Shown: piece after piece, positions 1 to 25,353 of the stretch
How the letters are laid out: the number at the start of each line of letters is the position of its first letter
Numbering within the stretch: the stretch's first letter is position 1
NCBI GenBank assembly: GCA_030141605.1
Contig: JAQGDQ010000037.1
Span: forward strand, 124,001 to 188,000
Reading direction: 5' to 3'
DNA from: Tubiluchus corallicola
Lineage: Eukaryota > Animalia > Priapulida
Length of the DNA stretch: 64,000 bases
The notes under the pieces: generated by a model
The model's input: only the letters and a program-made list of their open reading frames with translations
The model's database searches: none
What the model was told of the DNA's origin: nothing
Program-made: the position numbers and the translations under genes

Positions 1-396
1 ATTATGGTACCATCTTGGGCGATCAAATGTTACCTACTCCAACTAATTAGAAGTATCAATATAAGTTAGGTAATATGTGATAGATTTTTCACAAAAGTAG
101 TTTTTCGTATTTAGTGGACATTTTCCCCATTATGGCTTTTGCGTCATTTACCAACAACATACAATAAGCCAAAATAACATTGTCAATTTGAAACTCGTCT
201 TTAAAAAATATTTTGAATTAACGGCGTAGTTGATTGTATTTTTTGAAAATATTTTTACTTAAATCCAACTATTAACCATTTTAACAATCCTTTTTGGCAG
301 ACTGGGTCCATCATTGGGACAACCAATTTAGTCAAAACAAAGGCATCGGATTAAGGCTTTTTTGTTGTATAATATATTCTTGTTTTGTTCTAACAG

Positions 397-2991
397 GCTG
401 AAGAACCTATCAATACATTGCACGCAGTGAACGAAAACAATCTCACAGAGCAACAGAAATTTACTGTAAGTATTTTATTTTTATACCGAAAAGCTCATGG
501 ACAGCTCACTCGCATGTATGTATGGATCTCGCTATCTTTGCTTTCAATATTTTTTGTTGTTATTAACAAAATTTGCTTCTTATGGTATTATTAATGATGC
601 CATAATACTGCAAATGCAAGCCCCATGGACGCGAATGTTTAGAATGCTATTGTTACTACTATCATTACTAATGCTAATATAATTTTAAAACAGCATAAAA
701 AATTTTCATCCATTTTTGTAAAAATTCATGGCACCAGGACGCCTAATTTTTCTTTGCTATCTTTCCATTATTTTTTTCAAACAGTTCTACTTTTGCTAAT
801 GATGACGGCCCGCAACGGTCATTAATGTTCGATGTTAATGACGACGGGCCTTTAATGGCGTTAACACCCATTGCTACAGACGACAGGCAGTTGATAATCA
901 TTGAAGCACTGTCATTCTCATTTTCGATTACCATTGTTTAAATAAGGTCCATGCTCCATGTCCGTGTTGTACTAGTTATAAAAGCCATTAACCGCATTTG
1001 TAGCTATTTTCTTTTGTCTGGCGTAATCATTTTAACGCGAAAAGCAGTGAGTGAATTTAAAAACATTAAATAAATCATAAACTTTCGTCGATTAACCGAC
1101 GACTGTGAATCAGTAGCAAGAAGTTACATATGCTGTATATTAATATGCCATGCGCCCTTTTATTTAATCTTATCGTGAATGAGCTGCCGCTGTACGAAGC
1201 ATTACATGGCATGCTGTTCTTCCTACTTTTTTCTGCTGCCCTTTTTCCTGTTCATCTCTCTTTTTCCTCTTTCAGCTTTCTCCCTCTTCACTCTTCCTGT
1301 CCTTTCCTCTCCACTCCTTTCCTTTCCTTTCCTCTCCTTTCTTCTCTGCTCCTCTCCTCTGTTTTTCTACTTTCATCTCTCTTCTCCAAATTCTTCCAGA
1401 ATGTGTTATATATGTATTTATGGAGTTCACTGCAATTACTTCTTTGCAATTACTTCAGTCATTGTTGTACGTTTCGCACGCTCCAGTCTATCTTCTGTCT
1501 TTAGATCCCAGATACCTGCATGTGCAATTATCGTGACCGCTCCGAGCTATAAAGTTTTTCTATTGGGCTTACCTTTCAAAAGGAAAAGTTAAAGATTTCT
1601 CAAATAAACAAGATTAGTTCTCAAACACCACTGTTGCGATGTTTTAATAATTATATTACCAGGTAGAGATGATGCTCTCAATGACACACGAGACGTGTTT
1701 TAATACTGGATAAGCAATACAATGGCAGGCCACCGGAACCCAAAACTGAGATAGTTCACCTTGTGCACCTCGTTTTCGCCTTATTTCTACTACATATTTG
1801 TTTTAGAACATCTTTTTGTTTGAAATCATCTCCTCAAATATTTTATTCATTTTTCCTATTTATCGCGGTTGTATCAGTCAATAAATTTATTATTTATCTT
1901 TATTTATCCTTCTGCCCACTGAAAGTTACACATTTGTTTACTAATATTTTCCCCAATATTTGTATATTTAATTATGTTCTCTTATTAGAGTCGCTTAATT
2001 GTAGATTTTTTTTGTATTTTACAGGTGAACTTATTTGCAATGAGGCTTAATGGACCCAAAATAGTACTGACCGCTGGAAAACTATTCGTAATTAACAGAT
2101 CTCTTGTTTTGACGGTAAGAAAGAAATTAACCTAGTTTTTAGTTTGTTCAGTACCTATGTAGTTCGTCAGCTATCAACATACAGTCACATGATTTTACCG
2201 ATCAAATAGCCAGCCAAGCTGCTAGGTAGTCAAGCAGTTTAAGAGCTCTGCCTTGCCTATAAATGGAAAATGCTGTTTTTTGTCTGTCGATTATATAAAT
2301 ATAAAATTTTGTGTTTTAAGCCGTGCAATTAAGTCTGTGTAGTTTGCAAGCTGATCAGAGAAGCCCCTCTATTTATAACAACAGCAGTACTTAGGCCTAC
2401 GCTGGCTTATTAAAATTAAAAAAATTCTATGAAAACTATTATGTTTCTCACGAACAATAGTGAATCGAACTATATGACTTCTGTGGTGTAACTATATACC
2501 AGGAAAGTAGAAGGTCTTGCATTCGAGTCTAAGTAGAGTTTCAAAACTATTCAGCCTGTCCAATTTAGCACAGGTTTCGTGCGTTTATATGATCATAAGT
2601 ATGGCTACCCAACAATTAAAACAAAGGCGCTAGTTTAAAACAAATAGACGTTCATAGTTTATTCGATAGATCAATTAGTCATTCATTTTATTCATTTTCA
2701 ACAGCAGTTATGTTTTTTCACTACACATTAACAGTTAAATCGAAAAATGTTTCTCATTGCATTGTGCTTAATGGTAAAGATAGTTATAACTTAGTACAGC
2801 TACTCGCAAACCTTTATAAATTATTTGCTATTGTTAATTAATTATTTTATATCCTCTCAAAATTTTTTCAGTCCCTTGGAATTGCGGCATCTTATTTTTT
2901 CCTACTTCGCCAGTTTATTTCTCAAACAGAAAGCTGTGAGTGTCTTGATTATGGATGCAACGTGACCAGACGATCGAGACAAGAGCACTAA
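397..2991 (+). CDS. Gustatory receptor-like (GRL / 7TM chemoreceptor ion-channel family) gene, last three coding exons; 5' part lies outside the window
   Basis: Exons 397-465 (AEEPINTLHAVNENNLTEQQKFT), 2025-2114 (VNLFAMRLNGPKIVLTAGKLFVINRSLVLT) and 2872-2991 (SLGIAASYFFLLRQF...QEH*). All have canonical AG/GT boundaries and phase-0 junctions. SYFFLLRQF matches the TM7 TYhhhhhQF signature, and LTAGKLFVIN matches the GR 'TA.G.F.I' segment. Confidence 0.8.
1215..1400. repeat. Pyrimidine-rich (CT/CTTT) low-complexity tract in a GRL intron
   Basis: Almost pure C/T sequence; it produces the spurious Phe/Leu/Ser-rich ORFs at 1130 and 1179. Confidence 0.75.
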
Positions 2992-3789
2992 TTCGATGTT
3001 TAAAAAGCAACTAAAAGATAATAAATAAACTACTAAAAACAACCTACATAAATTAAGGCTTAGAAAAACTATATAATTATAACCAGGCAGCGTTTGTGCA
3101 CTGAAATAAAAACATACTCATAATACTAAAGAAAAAACTTCACGAACACGTTCCTCACGCATCACAATAGGTTTCAATGATGCTCTTGTGTAAATTATAT
3201 CCAGTAAACTGCTATAAATTCTCAAAACTTTCAACTTGTACATAGTGGTAAATTTGTAGTTGTGTGTATAGAGTATTGTATCCAATGTTATTCATGAACA
3301 CTTTTTAACTCGAGTAGTCATCTGTAGCCCCGTACGTTGTTTTTGTCATGTTCATTAACACTATTGCTAACAACAGTTAAATGTTTTTAACATGTTATAT
3401 AACATATTGTGAACGTATATTTTAATAGGTACCGTTCAGTTGTTATAAGGGGTTTTATTATTATATTGTTGTTGTAATTAATAAATTCACGCGTTTTAAA
3501 TGTTGTAATATGAAACGTATTAACCAACGACAAAACTTTTGCTTGAGATTACCAAAGATTAATTATCAGAGATTGTTTTGTGCACTATTATGAGCATGTC
3601 CAACTTAATTATGAGCATTAATTGTTACTGCAACTGGCTTAAAGTTTTTAATAATATTGGAATATAATTATGCGAAGTAAATTAAAAACAAAAGCAAGCT
3701 AGCATTTACATTTGCAATAGCAGCTAATAGAAAACAGTAGTGGATCATGATAGATACAAAATAAAGTAAAAGTAAGACCGACTAAAGAA

Positions 3790-4815
3790 CGAATAATAAG
3801 AGCCGCCAGGTGTCGCATGCACATAAATTGCATCTCCAAGCTGGACCATTCCAGGCTTTTATTATTTTTTTCTTAAATTGAGATAGAGAAACAGCTTGTT
3901 TAATGTTTTATACCTCTAAGACTGCAGTTAATCTTTCTTAGATTTATAAATCCGATCAGAAAGCTGGGGAATGGCTGTGAATTATCTTGTACGTTTCTAT
4001 GGCAAGCGTACGTAATGTGTCTCTAATTTTTAAAAGAGTAACACCTACATTGTCTAAAGTCGCGTGTTACATTTTATTGCACGAGCCTGCAGTTTTTCAA
4101 GCTTGTTAAAGTCAATTTTATCATAGAAGAACCAGACAACTGGACAAAAATTGTTAGAAAGCATAAAAGTGTTAAATAATGGGAATCTGGCTTTTTTGTC
4201 CAAAAGCTGGTAATTCTGCTAAAAGAATTAGCTTGCCTTGTGGCTTTTTTGCAAAGTTCACTTATATGAACCGAAAAAGTCATACGTTGGTCATTATGTA
4301 CACCAAAATGTTTATCACACGTTATGTCAGAAATAGTAAAAAGAATGGCACCTATTACCGATCCTTGTGGGACCCCACTTTCGATATTTAACCAACCACT
4401 GGTATAACAATTGTACATAACACGTTGGTGTGCCCATTTGACAAGTAGCATCTTACTAATTGTAAAACTTCATTTTTTACACAGTAGGCTTCGATCTTGG
4501 CCAGAGGACTAATGTTAGAAGAAAACGAGTCTATCATACACAACCCAGAGCAAATCTGTAAAATTTGCAACGAGTTCTTTATAAACATCGTCTGAAGGGC
4601 ATGATTTTATTAGCAACACAAATTTCTCAAACCATTCTAGCTTTCCGGCTATAAATGAAACTACTTCTGCAAATACGTATTTTACTTTTCAACAACAGAT
4701 CACGAAGCGACGTTGTTCAAAATATTAAAAAACTTATACAGAAATTTTACAGGGCCTAAAATTTTAACTGAATGTGCTGCTCCTTTAGCAGCTGTTATTA
4801 CCAATCTTGTAAATT
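3790..4815 (-). mobile_element. Degenerate CR1/L2-type LINE ORF2 fragment with an inverted 5' piece
   Basis: Minus strand carries the RT motif ESGVPQGSVIGAILF and downstream HISELCKKATRQAN. The plus-strand segment ~4530-4815 carries pre-RT ORF2 sequence (ICNEFFINI, PKILTECAAPLAAVITNLVN). Confidence 0.7.
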
Positions 4816-7681
4816 TTGGAGTTTTGTCATGTGCCGAAAGTTTTTGCCAAGATTTACACCTTTCACTGAAGTACTTTTTGATGGCTATACTTTTCTGCTT
4901 TGTACATAAATTTTCTATATTTTACATTAGCATCCCATTTTTGGTCTGTTGGAAATTTTCGGTATTTATTTTGAGACAATACATTTATTGCGAATTGCTT
5001 TTCGCCAGCCTCAAGTGCAATCCTCTATATCGCATACTGCCTTTACTTCGTAAATTCTTTCAAAGGCTTGCATCTCTCATTACTAATCTTGGGCCTCAAA
5101 ATCAATAAAGGTGAAAAAAGTTTTTTAAAGTGTATCCAAAAAACTTTTTCTACAGAGTTATAATACTTAGCGATGCGGTATTGCTTCGATTGCTATGATT
5201 ATTTTTTTTAACGTTACACGGTGTCACGGCCATGCGATGCATGACTTCTAGCTTAACTGGCCGATATACAGGGCCATTCACCACTATAAGATACAGAAGT
5301 ATTTGAACAGTACAAAAGCCATCGGATACTGTGCATTATATACAACGTCATTCTATCTAGGCTAATATTTGCCCACTTCATTCAGGTATCGAATTTTCTG
5401 TTGAACGGATGTCGACATAGTTGGTACCTTTCTTCTGTTCGTCACATGTTTGAGACACGTTTCGTCTATAAGTTTTATTTTGGGCTTAATGGGCTCCTGT
5501 GAGAGAGAATAGTTAAATTCACAATGTATCGACACCATTTACGTAGCACCAGCACGACTCAGTAGTGAAGTAATTGCCTTGTCATACTTCTTCACTTAGA
5601 GGAGCTCTTGGACAATCCACCTTGTGAGGGATTCTGAAACTTTCAGAGCATTGGTGGAGCGCTCACATAGTGGTGGAGTCTGCAACGTTCTGGCTACGCT
5701 ATTCGGCGGTGGTGGAGACGCAGAGATACGTTTACGATTCCAGACAAAAATAATTGTGGCGTGTAAGGACTCATGGATCGGCTACATGGTGGAGCATCCT
5801 CCTTATCCCAGTAGTGCATCGTGGATTTGGGACTGTGAACCGTCCTTAGTGCATCCTAGAAGAGCCGGCCATCAGGAACTATATATAAACATGAGTATAC
5901 TCTTGTATGTACAATTGTTGTTTGCTTTGTTCTTGTTTAATAATATACTGTATGATTTGCACAGCATCCAGGTGTTTAATAGTTCTATTTAAAACTTTGT
6001 GAAAGCGTTTTACGATTAACAGCTCGATGATTATGTTTAGTAAAATAATCGAGTCCTATAGGAGAATTGCCCCAACATGAACCCAAACGCTTGGTGATGA
6101 AATTAGTAGAAGTGATTACTCTGACATGTTAGTAAATTAAGAGCTCTGTCTGTTTAGTGGTTCACACTCACGGAAAACATGCGACCCGAGCTTTAGATTT
6201 GAGACACTGACGTTAAATTACCCTAGACCGATTATAACACATTAGTTTTATACCTACAAACAGTCACACACGGTTTTATCTAAAGTTCTTTCAAACGACT
6301 TACCTTTAAAATGGCTGCCCCCAATAGTCATCGTGAAAGTTTAATTTACAAGTTTTATAAGGCGTTACTGCTAACCTAAGGTCTGTATGCAGTAAGACAG
6401 TATGTAAATAAAACAAAATTTCAAAACCAATTTTTTTTTATTTATTAATTTTATGAAGAGTGTTTTCTTGTCCTTTAAATTACTGGTAAGACGATTTGCA
6501 TACAGAATGGCCAACACAAAGTTACCGTAATACTTTATTCTGTCAAAATGTAATAAGACAAAACCAGCAATGTCGGAGTACCTAAAAGAAATAAAAGCGA
6601 TACCACGATCGCTGTGTGCAATCTCTAACAGGTCGCCTTCATTTTACGTCGCCTTAAACTGAAGCGACTCATTGAAACTTTTTTCAAAGTATTTCTTTGA
6701 GGAATATAAAGACTCTACGTCAGCCGGGGGTCCTAAATAACGCAGCTCATTGGAATTACAAATGATATCTTTCAAATCTCTATGCGATGAGCGGCACTGC
6801 ATCGGATAGCGGAAACGATAACTGTAACACAAGATGTGGTGATTTGCTGACCCGTCTAACGACTATAAATACTTCATAAACCCATCTGATTAAAGAAAAA
6901 CCAGACGATTGATTAGACTCAATCTCATTTAATTTCCTTGCCTATGAAAGTTAGCAATTATTTCTAATGTTTTGAATAATTACATTGGAAAGTTAATTAA
7001 CGACAACCGAACACAGCTATCGCTTACGTTACAAACTAACTACAGTTAGTTCATATAGTACCTGGCAGACATCTTCCCTTATACAAGCACGTTTGCGTAA
7101 GCAAAGATTGCTATAAGACGCTGATGTGATGTAAAATGGGCTTCACTGCTGTTCATGATCATGCTTATCACGGTACCGCGCCTTTTAGTCTGTCACGCAA
7201 ATGTTCGCTTTGAAAGTTTAACAAAATTTAACTATCGAGGTAATTATTATTTAATCTAAGCTTTGATTTAAAAAAACTGTTGTAGTTTTCAATATTTTTT
7301 AAGCCATACATTATTTTGAACTAATGTCTATACAATCGTCCGGTCAATCCGGCTTATGTTGACTTAATAGTAAAAAGCGGCAATCTCTGATGCAAAACCC
7401 GAAGAACGAAACAACTAAAAGAGGAACAGATTTACCATAGTTTAGGACTAGGTTAAACGAACAACTTTCTAATTACATGTTCTTTATGCGTTTATGTTCG
7501 TAGCCATCGTCAGAATGTTGTTTGTCACATTGTGAACGACTTCCGAAGAGTGTGTCTACATGTATGGCCTCCGGACTAGATTTGTAGAAAAACCAGTCAA
7601 CAAAGGTAAATGCTAGAAATTATGTGGTATAAAAACGCGGAACAAATAACACTACAGAAACCCTCTGTCTCTCAGGATAGT

Positions 7682-8240
7682 TGTTGGCATCCTTCTGTCT
7701 CGGAAGACAATGGAGGAGTGTGCGCCAAGAGAGTTAGTTATTGATCACATTGATGGAGCTGCAGCATCGACTGTGGCTGAGCAGTCCAATCCTTGAACCA
7801 TTGGAGTGACCTCTCCAGCGCGCACACCTGGGCAAGGTGTATGAAGATCCTGAGTTGCCCAGACAACAGGAGCCCCCTCTCTTCCTCCCTGGTGTAGTCC
7901 AAAGTAAAGCGGAGCGATAGGTTTGGCACCAGGTTGGCTGCAGGAGCTGCCGGAGTCAGTGAGCATGCTGCACTGGTCCGCCTTTGGGGGTCCACTCCTG
8001 ATTTGGAAGGTTTACTCCTCTACACATGGCCGTTGGGTCACTTGACCTCCTCCGCCCTCTAGCCGTTGCCTGCTTGTGCAGCTCCTCAGCCCAGTGTTGA
8101 GATACAGTGTGGGCATCCCGCAAGCCTACTGCACCTGGTATTCCTAGACGGTCACCCATCCAAGTACTAACCAGGCTCTACGTTACTTAACTTCGGTGAT
8201 CAGACGAGGACCGGTGTTTTCAACGTGACGTGGCCGTAGA
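7682..8240 (-). mobile_element. 5S rRNA-headed SINE (SINE3-type), about 559 bp
   Basis: Near full-length 5S sequence followed by a ~440-bp GC-richer body. Perfect 10-bp TSD TCAGGATAGT at 7672-7681 and 8241-8250. The 3' end has the hairpin TGTCT-TCCG-AGACA and a short CAACA tail. Confidence 0.85.
8122..8240 (-). pseudogene. 5S rRNA-derived sequence (SINE head)
   Basis: Reverse complement reads TCTACGGCCACGTCACGTTGAAAACACCGGTCCTCGTCTGATCACCGAAGTTAAGTAACG...TACTTGGATGGGTGACCG...GAATACCAGGTGCAGTAGGCTT, i.e. metazoan 5S with several substitutions. No oligo-T terminator follows. Confidence 0.9.
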
Positions 8241-8568
8241 TCAGGATAGTATCAGTATGTTTAATTCACAGATTTGTGTGTCTGTGGCTTGAGATCAAAT
8301 GAATTTCCTGGCCATTCAATTCGGCGGAAAAAATTAATCCAATGGGATTTTCTTATCAATGCTTCGATCACACCTTAACACTGTGGGCTGTGCGAAACAC
8401 AAGAGGCTTTCCAAATAAAGTTTGAGGACGTGATAGATTCGCTATTATTTCCGCAATGCTTGTTCTATACTATTACTCATTCTTTCTGTACCCAACTGAC
8501 AAAAGGTTATGTAATATGTACATCCCTTATACAGTACCAGTTGTGTGGTAGTGTGACAAACAACACTT

Positions 8569-21163
<12,595 letters not shown>

Positions 21164-21689
21164 GTCACGACATATAATATTTACATTGTTATTGAATTCA
21201 CAACTTCAAATTTGGCTGCGTCAGTTAAGCTAATCTCCTTAATTCTACTAATTCTCCTCAAGCTAATCTCACTAATTCTACTAATCTCGGCATCTACTGT
21301 CTGAACCAGTTTTACAGGCGTATAATGTAATACCTACTAAGCAAGAAGCATTGCATGCGCATGTGCCCCAAAAATGTTGAGGTTGCGCTTGGTCAGCTGT
21401 GTATTGTATTGTAATGTATTGTGTATTGTGTCTGTAATGTAATTTTGAAATTCTACTTTTAAATTTGTAGCTTTGCTCAACGCGGGTTTATTCATTACTA
21501 AAGTTAAGCAATGCCAAATTTCGTTACAGAATGGCTGGGTGGCTACCTGTCTAACAGTAGCGCCTGCATCATTCGCCAAATTCTGACTGCTTAATTGGTT
21601 AGGAAATGCTGCACACACATCCAAACGTGACCAAGACATTTCAGCTCATTCAGTGTATCATCTTGAAGGATTAGCCGGGTTAACTGAGA

Positions 21690-21840
21690 TTTCAGGCCTG
21701 ACTCTGGTTCTGTCAACTCAGGTCTGTGCTGATCTGTCAGGAGTCTGGTCTGTCTGATGTCCGATCTATCAGAGCGTCAGGTGTGTAGTCTGTGGCTGGT
21801 CTATCTGGTGTCTGGTCTGTGATCATCTCTGAGATCTAAT
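21690..21840. repeat. Low-complexity TCTG/TCTGG-rich degenerate repeat
   Basis: Repeated tctgg/tctgt/tctga words. Confidence 0.6.
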
Positions 21841-22497
21841 AGAATTGATAGAATTTATTATTGGCAATTACATTATATTACATACATACAAGAAAACAAC
21901 AACGAAATACAAAAATACACATAAGAAATAAGAAATTTATATAATTTTAGTATAGATACAGTTAGCGTATCACGAAAAAATGATAAAGTTCAAGTTAACG
22001 AAGTTGCGTGCTATGTTAGAATAAAAACATTGTCATAACCGGTTGTAGAAGGAGCAATAAAGCGAAAAGTTAATTTCGTCTTCTACTTGTTGGCTCTCAC
22101 AGTGCTGACAGACTCTCATATTCACAGGGACTTTAGGCTGTTGGTATCGTCAGCTCTAAACAAGACTACATTAACTTTGTCTTTAATCGACAAATAGTTT
22201 CATTCAATTTTCACCCAGTGTTTTTTTACAGTTTCTACCTTTTTTAATCAATTTATTTTAAGCGTGTTTTATATTTGATTCTTTGTGTTTTAAATCTGAT
22301 TTTTGTACATTTCTTGTTTTAACGATTATTTATGTTCACTGATTCTCATGTTCACTTCTCTAATAAGGTCCAACAGGCAGCTTGTTGTTTGGGGATCAAG
22401 TTTCCTGCTGCAAGCAGGGTTAAGACCTAATACTGTTCGTGCGCTTTTTGTGTTCAAAATGTGCTTTTTTACTTTTTCTTTGTTGTAGTTTAGTGCT

Positions 22498-22605
22498 AAT
22501 ATAATATAATATAATATAATATAATATAATATAATATAATATAATGCAATGCAATGCAATGCAATGCAGTGCAGTGCAGTGCAGTGCAATGCAATGCAAT
22601 ACAAT
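22498..22605. repeat. Compound pentanucleotide microsatellite (ATAAT)n-(GCAAT)n-(GCAGT)n-(GCAAT)n
   Basis: Directly visible. Confidence 0.95.
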
Positions 22606-23819
22606 ATGCCCAAATCATACTTACAAGGGATAGTCTATAATCTGTGAAATATCTTAATCACCACAGTGAGAATAAATGACTTTTTCGCACTGCTTGTGTA
22701 ATCCTACTTCTGCTGGCCGAATTTCTTGAAAACCATCAGTGGAAATGGGCAGAAACTTGCTTCGTAGTGACTTAGATCACCCTACTTCCAATTAGAACGA
22801 TTGACTGAAGACATACGGGACCTCTCAGCACAGTAGGATTCATTAAAATATGTATTTGGTTTTTTGTAAGGAAAAAAGCTCTGCCTGTGTCATAATGATT
22901 TAACGACTTGAGCGTGATCAAAACATCTTTCAGTCAAGTGGACAAAGTTTGTCCAAGATAACTTGATAAATTTTGAAGTGTTAATAGTATTCGTTTTTAG
23001 ATTATGGCAGCCTAGAACGAAAACAAGTATAAAAAATAAATACCGATTCACTGTTGCCATGAAATAAAACATTTGCGTTGCACTAAATGATACAACAACT
23101 TACAAATTTATGTAAATATTGACACGTCTTAAAACAACTAGGCCTATGCAAACTTGTAATCCACTAGAGTTGTGCAAAATGGACAGCTTTGTGTCACTAC
23201 CTAACCTTTGGATAGATCGATTGCTCTCAAGCAGAAAGTGCGTACTTGGAACCAGTCCTAAAATGTAAGAACACAGGGCGCACGAGTGGTGTGCACTAGC
23301 TCTAATAATTACACGTGAGTAAACCTTGCTAGTATTTACTATACATGTAGTATAATTTTAGATACAATACTGTATAAAATGTTTTTAAAAAACTTGCATA
23401 AAGCTGTAAGATACAAGATGGGGGAGCATCCAGAAGAGCAGATAAACTTCAACCAGTGTCATGCTACAGTCAAGTGTACAGGTTTTACCTCGCAAATGCA
23501 GGCATGCTGTTAAGGTTGCTACATTAGCGGATGATGCTAAAGCATTATCCATTGTGCGAAAGCAATATGGGAAACTGAATTTAAAAGGCTTAGAGAACAG
23601 TGTCCATTTTATTCACTTTGTAACTACTGGCTGTCATTATCTGTCAAATTCATCTATAACCTTCTATATCTATAAAAACAACGGCCATCAAAAATTGAAA
23701 TAATACATATTTGTAAGTTTCATTGCTCATAGCGGGCAAACCCGTAATCTCAGGTACCCCACAAGGTAGTATATTGGAACACCTGTTATGATTTACCTGA
23801 AGTTCTCGATCCTGTTACC

Positions 23820-24630
23820 TGTAAACTATATGTTGATGATTTCAAAATGTATGTTTCATGTACCGACCATTTATTATTGCATTGTGCTATCGACCAATTA
23901 ACAGACTGGCCCTACAAATGGCATCTTAAAATAGCTGAGCATATAAGTGCATCATGCTTCATTTAGGATTTGGCAATTTTGATCTTCATTTTCTTGACGG
24001 CATCCCTCTTACCCATCGTAACGAATGTAATGGCTTAGGCGTTACAGTATCATCCGATTTGATATTCTCGAAGCATTGTAAGACCACAGTTTCTAAAGCA
24101 TTATTATTCAGTGTTTCTACTATAGAAATTCTACACTGAAAACAAAAATGCACTTTTGACTGCCTATAGAACTTATGTGCGTCCCTTGGAGTACTGCGCA
24201 TCAATGTGGTCCCCCACCATACGCAAGATATTGACAGCATTGAAAAGGTCCAGCGATATTTTTCTCGTAGGCTGTACCAACGAAGTCAGTTTAATTAGGT
24301 TTCTTATTTAGACACAGTGTCAGAACTAAAATTGCAGCCACTCGAATTAAGACGCCTTGTCTGTAATTGTAAGATGGTATACAAAATTTGTCATAAAGTT
24401 GTGGGTTTAAATTTTAATGTTTTTTTCCAGTATGCTTCAACCAATCACTTACATAGTCACAACTTTAAATTGTTTACATATTTTTCAGATTAAACGTCTC
24501 AAAATTCCCATTTGCTAACAGTGTTGTAAACATTACATTTTTTGAATGATCTAAATTCTCACGTAGTTCTTACTTCTTTGTCAGTTTTTAGCAATCGATT
24601 AGCAAATGTTAATTTACTGTCTTATTGTAA
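23820..24630 (+). mobile_element. LINE (CR1/Jockey group) RT 3' fragment
   Basis: KLYVDDFKMY, LGVTVSSDLIFSKHC, YRTYVRP-LEY..WSP, IEKVQRYF and LELRRL motifs. Confidence 0.8.
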
Positions 24631-25026
24631 GCTTTGTAACATCGTCATTGGCGTAAATCATTCTCTCCAAACCATATTATTGTATAAAACGTGTTGCATA
24701 TAGTATATAATTCATTATTAGTTCCAATTTATTATGAGCCCTTTAATAAGATGTATTCAGTTTTAGGGCATTGTTTTTATAGATTTTATTTCTGTGTATC
24801 ATTTTATGTTTTATAGAATCAGGGTAAGTGCGCTTGCTAATTCCTTCTTTTATACAATTTTCATACATGTATAAACGTCTGCTTACGAGTTTTTCAGTAT
24901 GCTTATAAACGTAATCAGGAGTCCTGTTTTATTTAGTCTTTTTATAAATAAAATCATAACGATTCTTGATTATACATACGAAACCGTAATGTTACATAAC
25001 AACTACAGGTAATTACTACTTATAAA

Positions 25027-25353
25027 TAAATAACTATGGAAGTTTTTGCTGAATCAATCAAAGTGGTTTATTTATGATATTGCAGCAATGATCAGGCTGA
25101 AATAACAACAACAAAATAATTACATATAATACTGCCATACCGCATAAGTACAAATATAAATGTTTCGAATTATGCTAATTTAAGAATTGTTGCTTTAATC
25201 GCAAAAGTATAACTGCAAATAATATACCGTTCTAAATGTTAAACATCTGCTCGACACTGCATGGAGTTCTTATTGTTAAATGTGTTAAGAATTGCCTCGT
25301 GGCAAACAGCAATACGGGTGCTCTTCATATGGTGAAATCTTCAAGATCCTCTA
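25027..25353 (-). repeat. 3' LTR of the Gypsy element
   Basis: Direct repeat of 30288-30614, preceded (minus sense) by a polypurine tract. Confidence 0.95.

Noticed and set aside
1130-1592. Hydrophobic ORFs resembling membrane proteins
   Set aside because: They derive from a CT-rich low-complexity intronic tract.
5250-6900. GC-richer stretches and ORFs (5624-5992, 6644-6832) as exons of another gene
   Set aside because: No consistent splice/frame model or recognisable domain; probably old repeat debris.
8122-8240. Functional 5S rRNA gene
   Set aside because: Has substitutions, no oligo-T terminator, is not in an array, and lies inside a TSD-flanked insertion.
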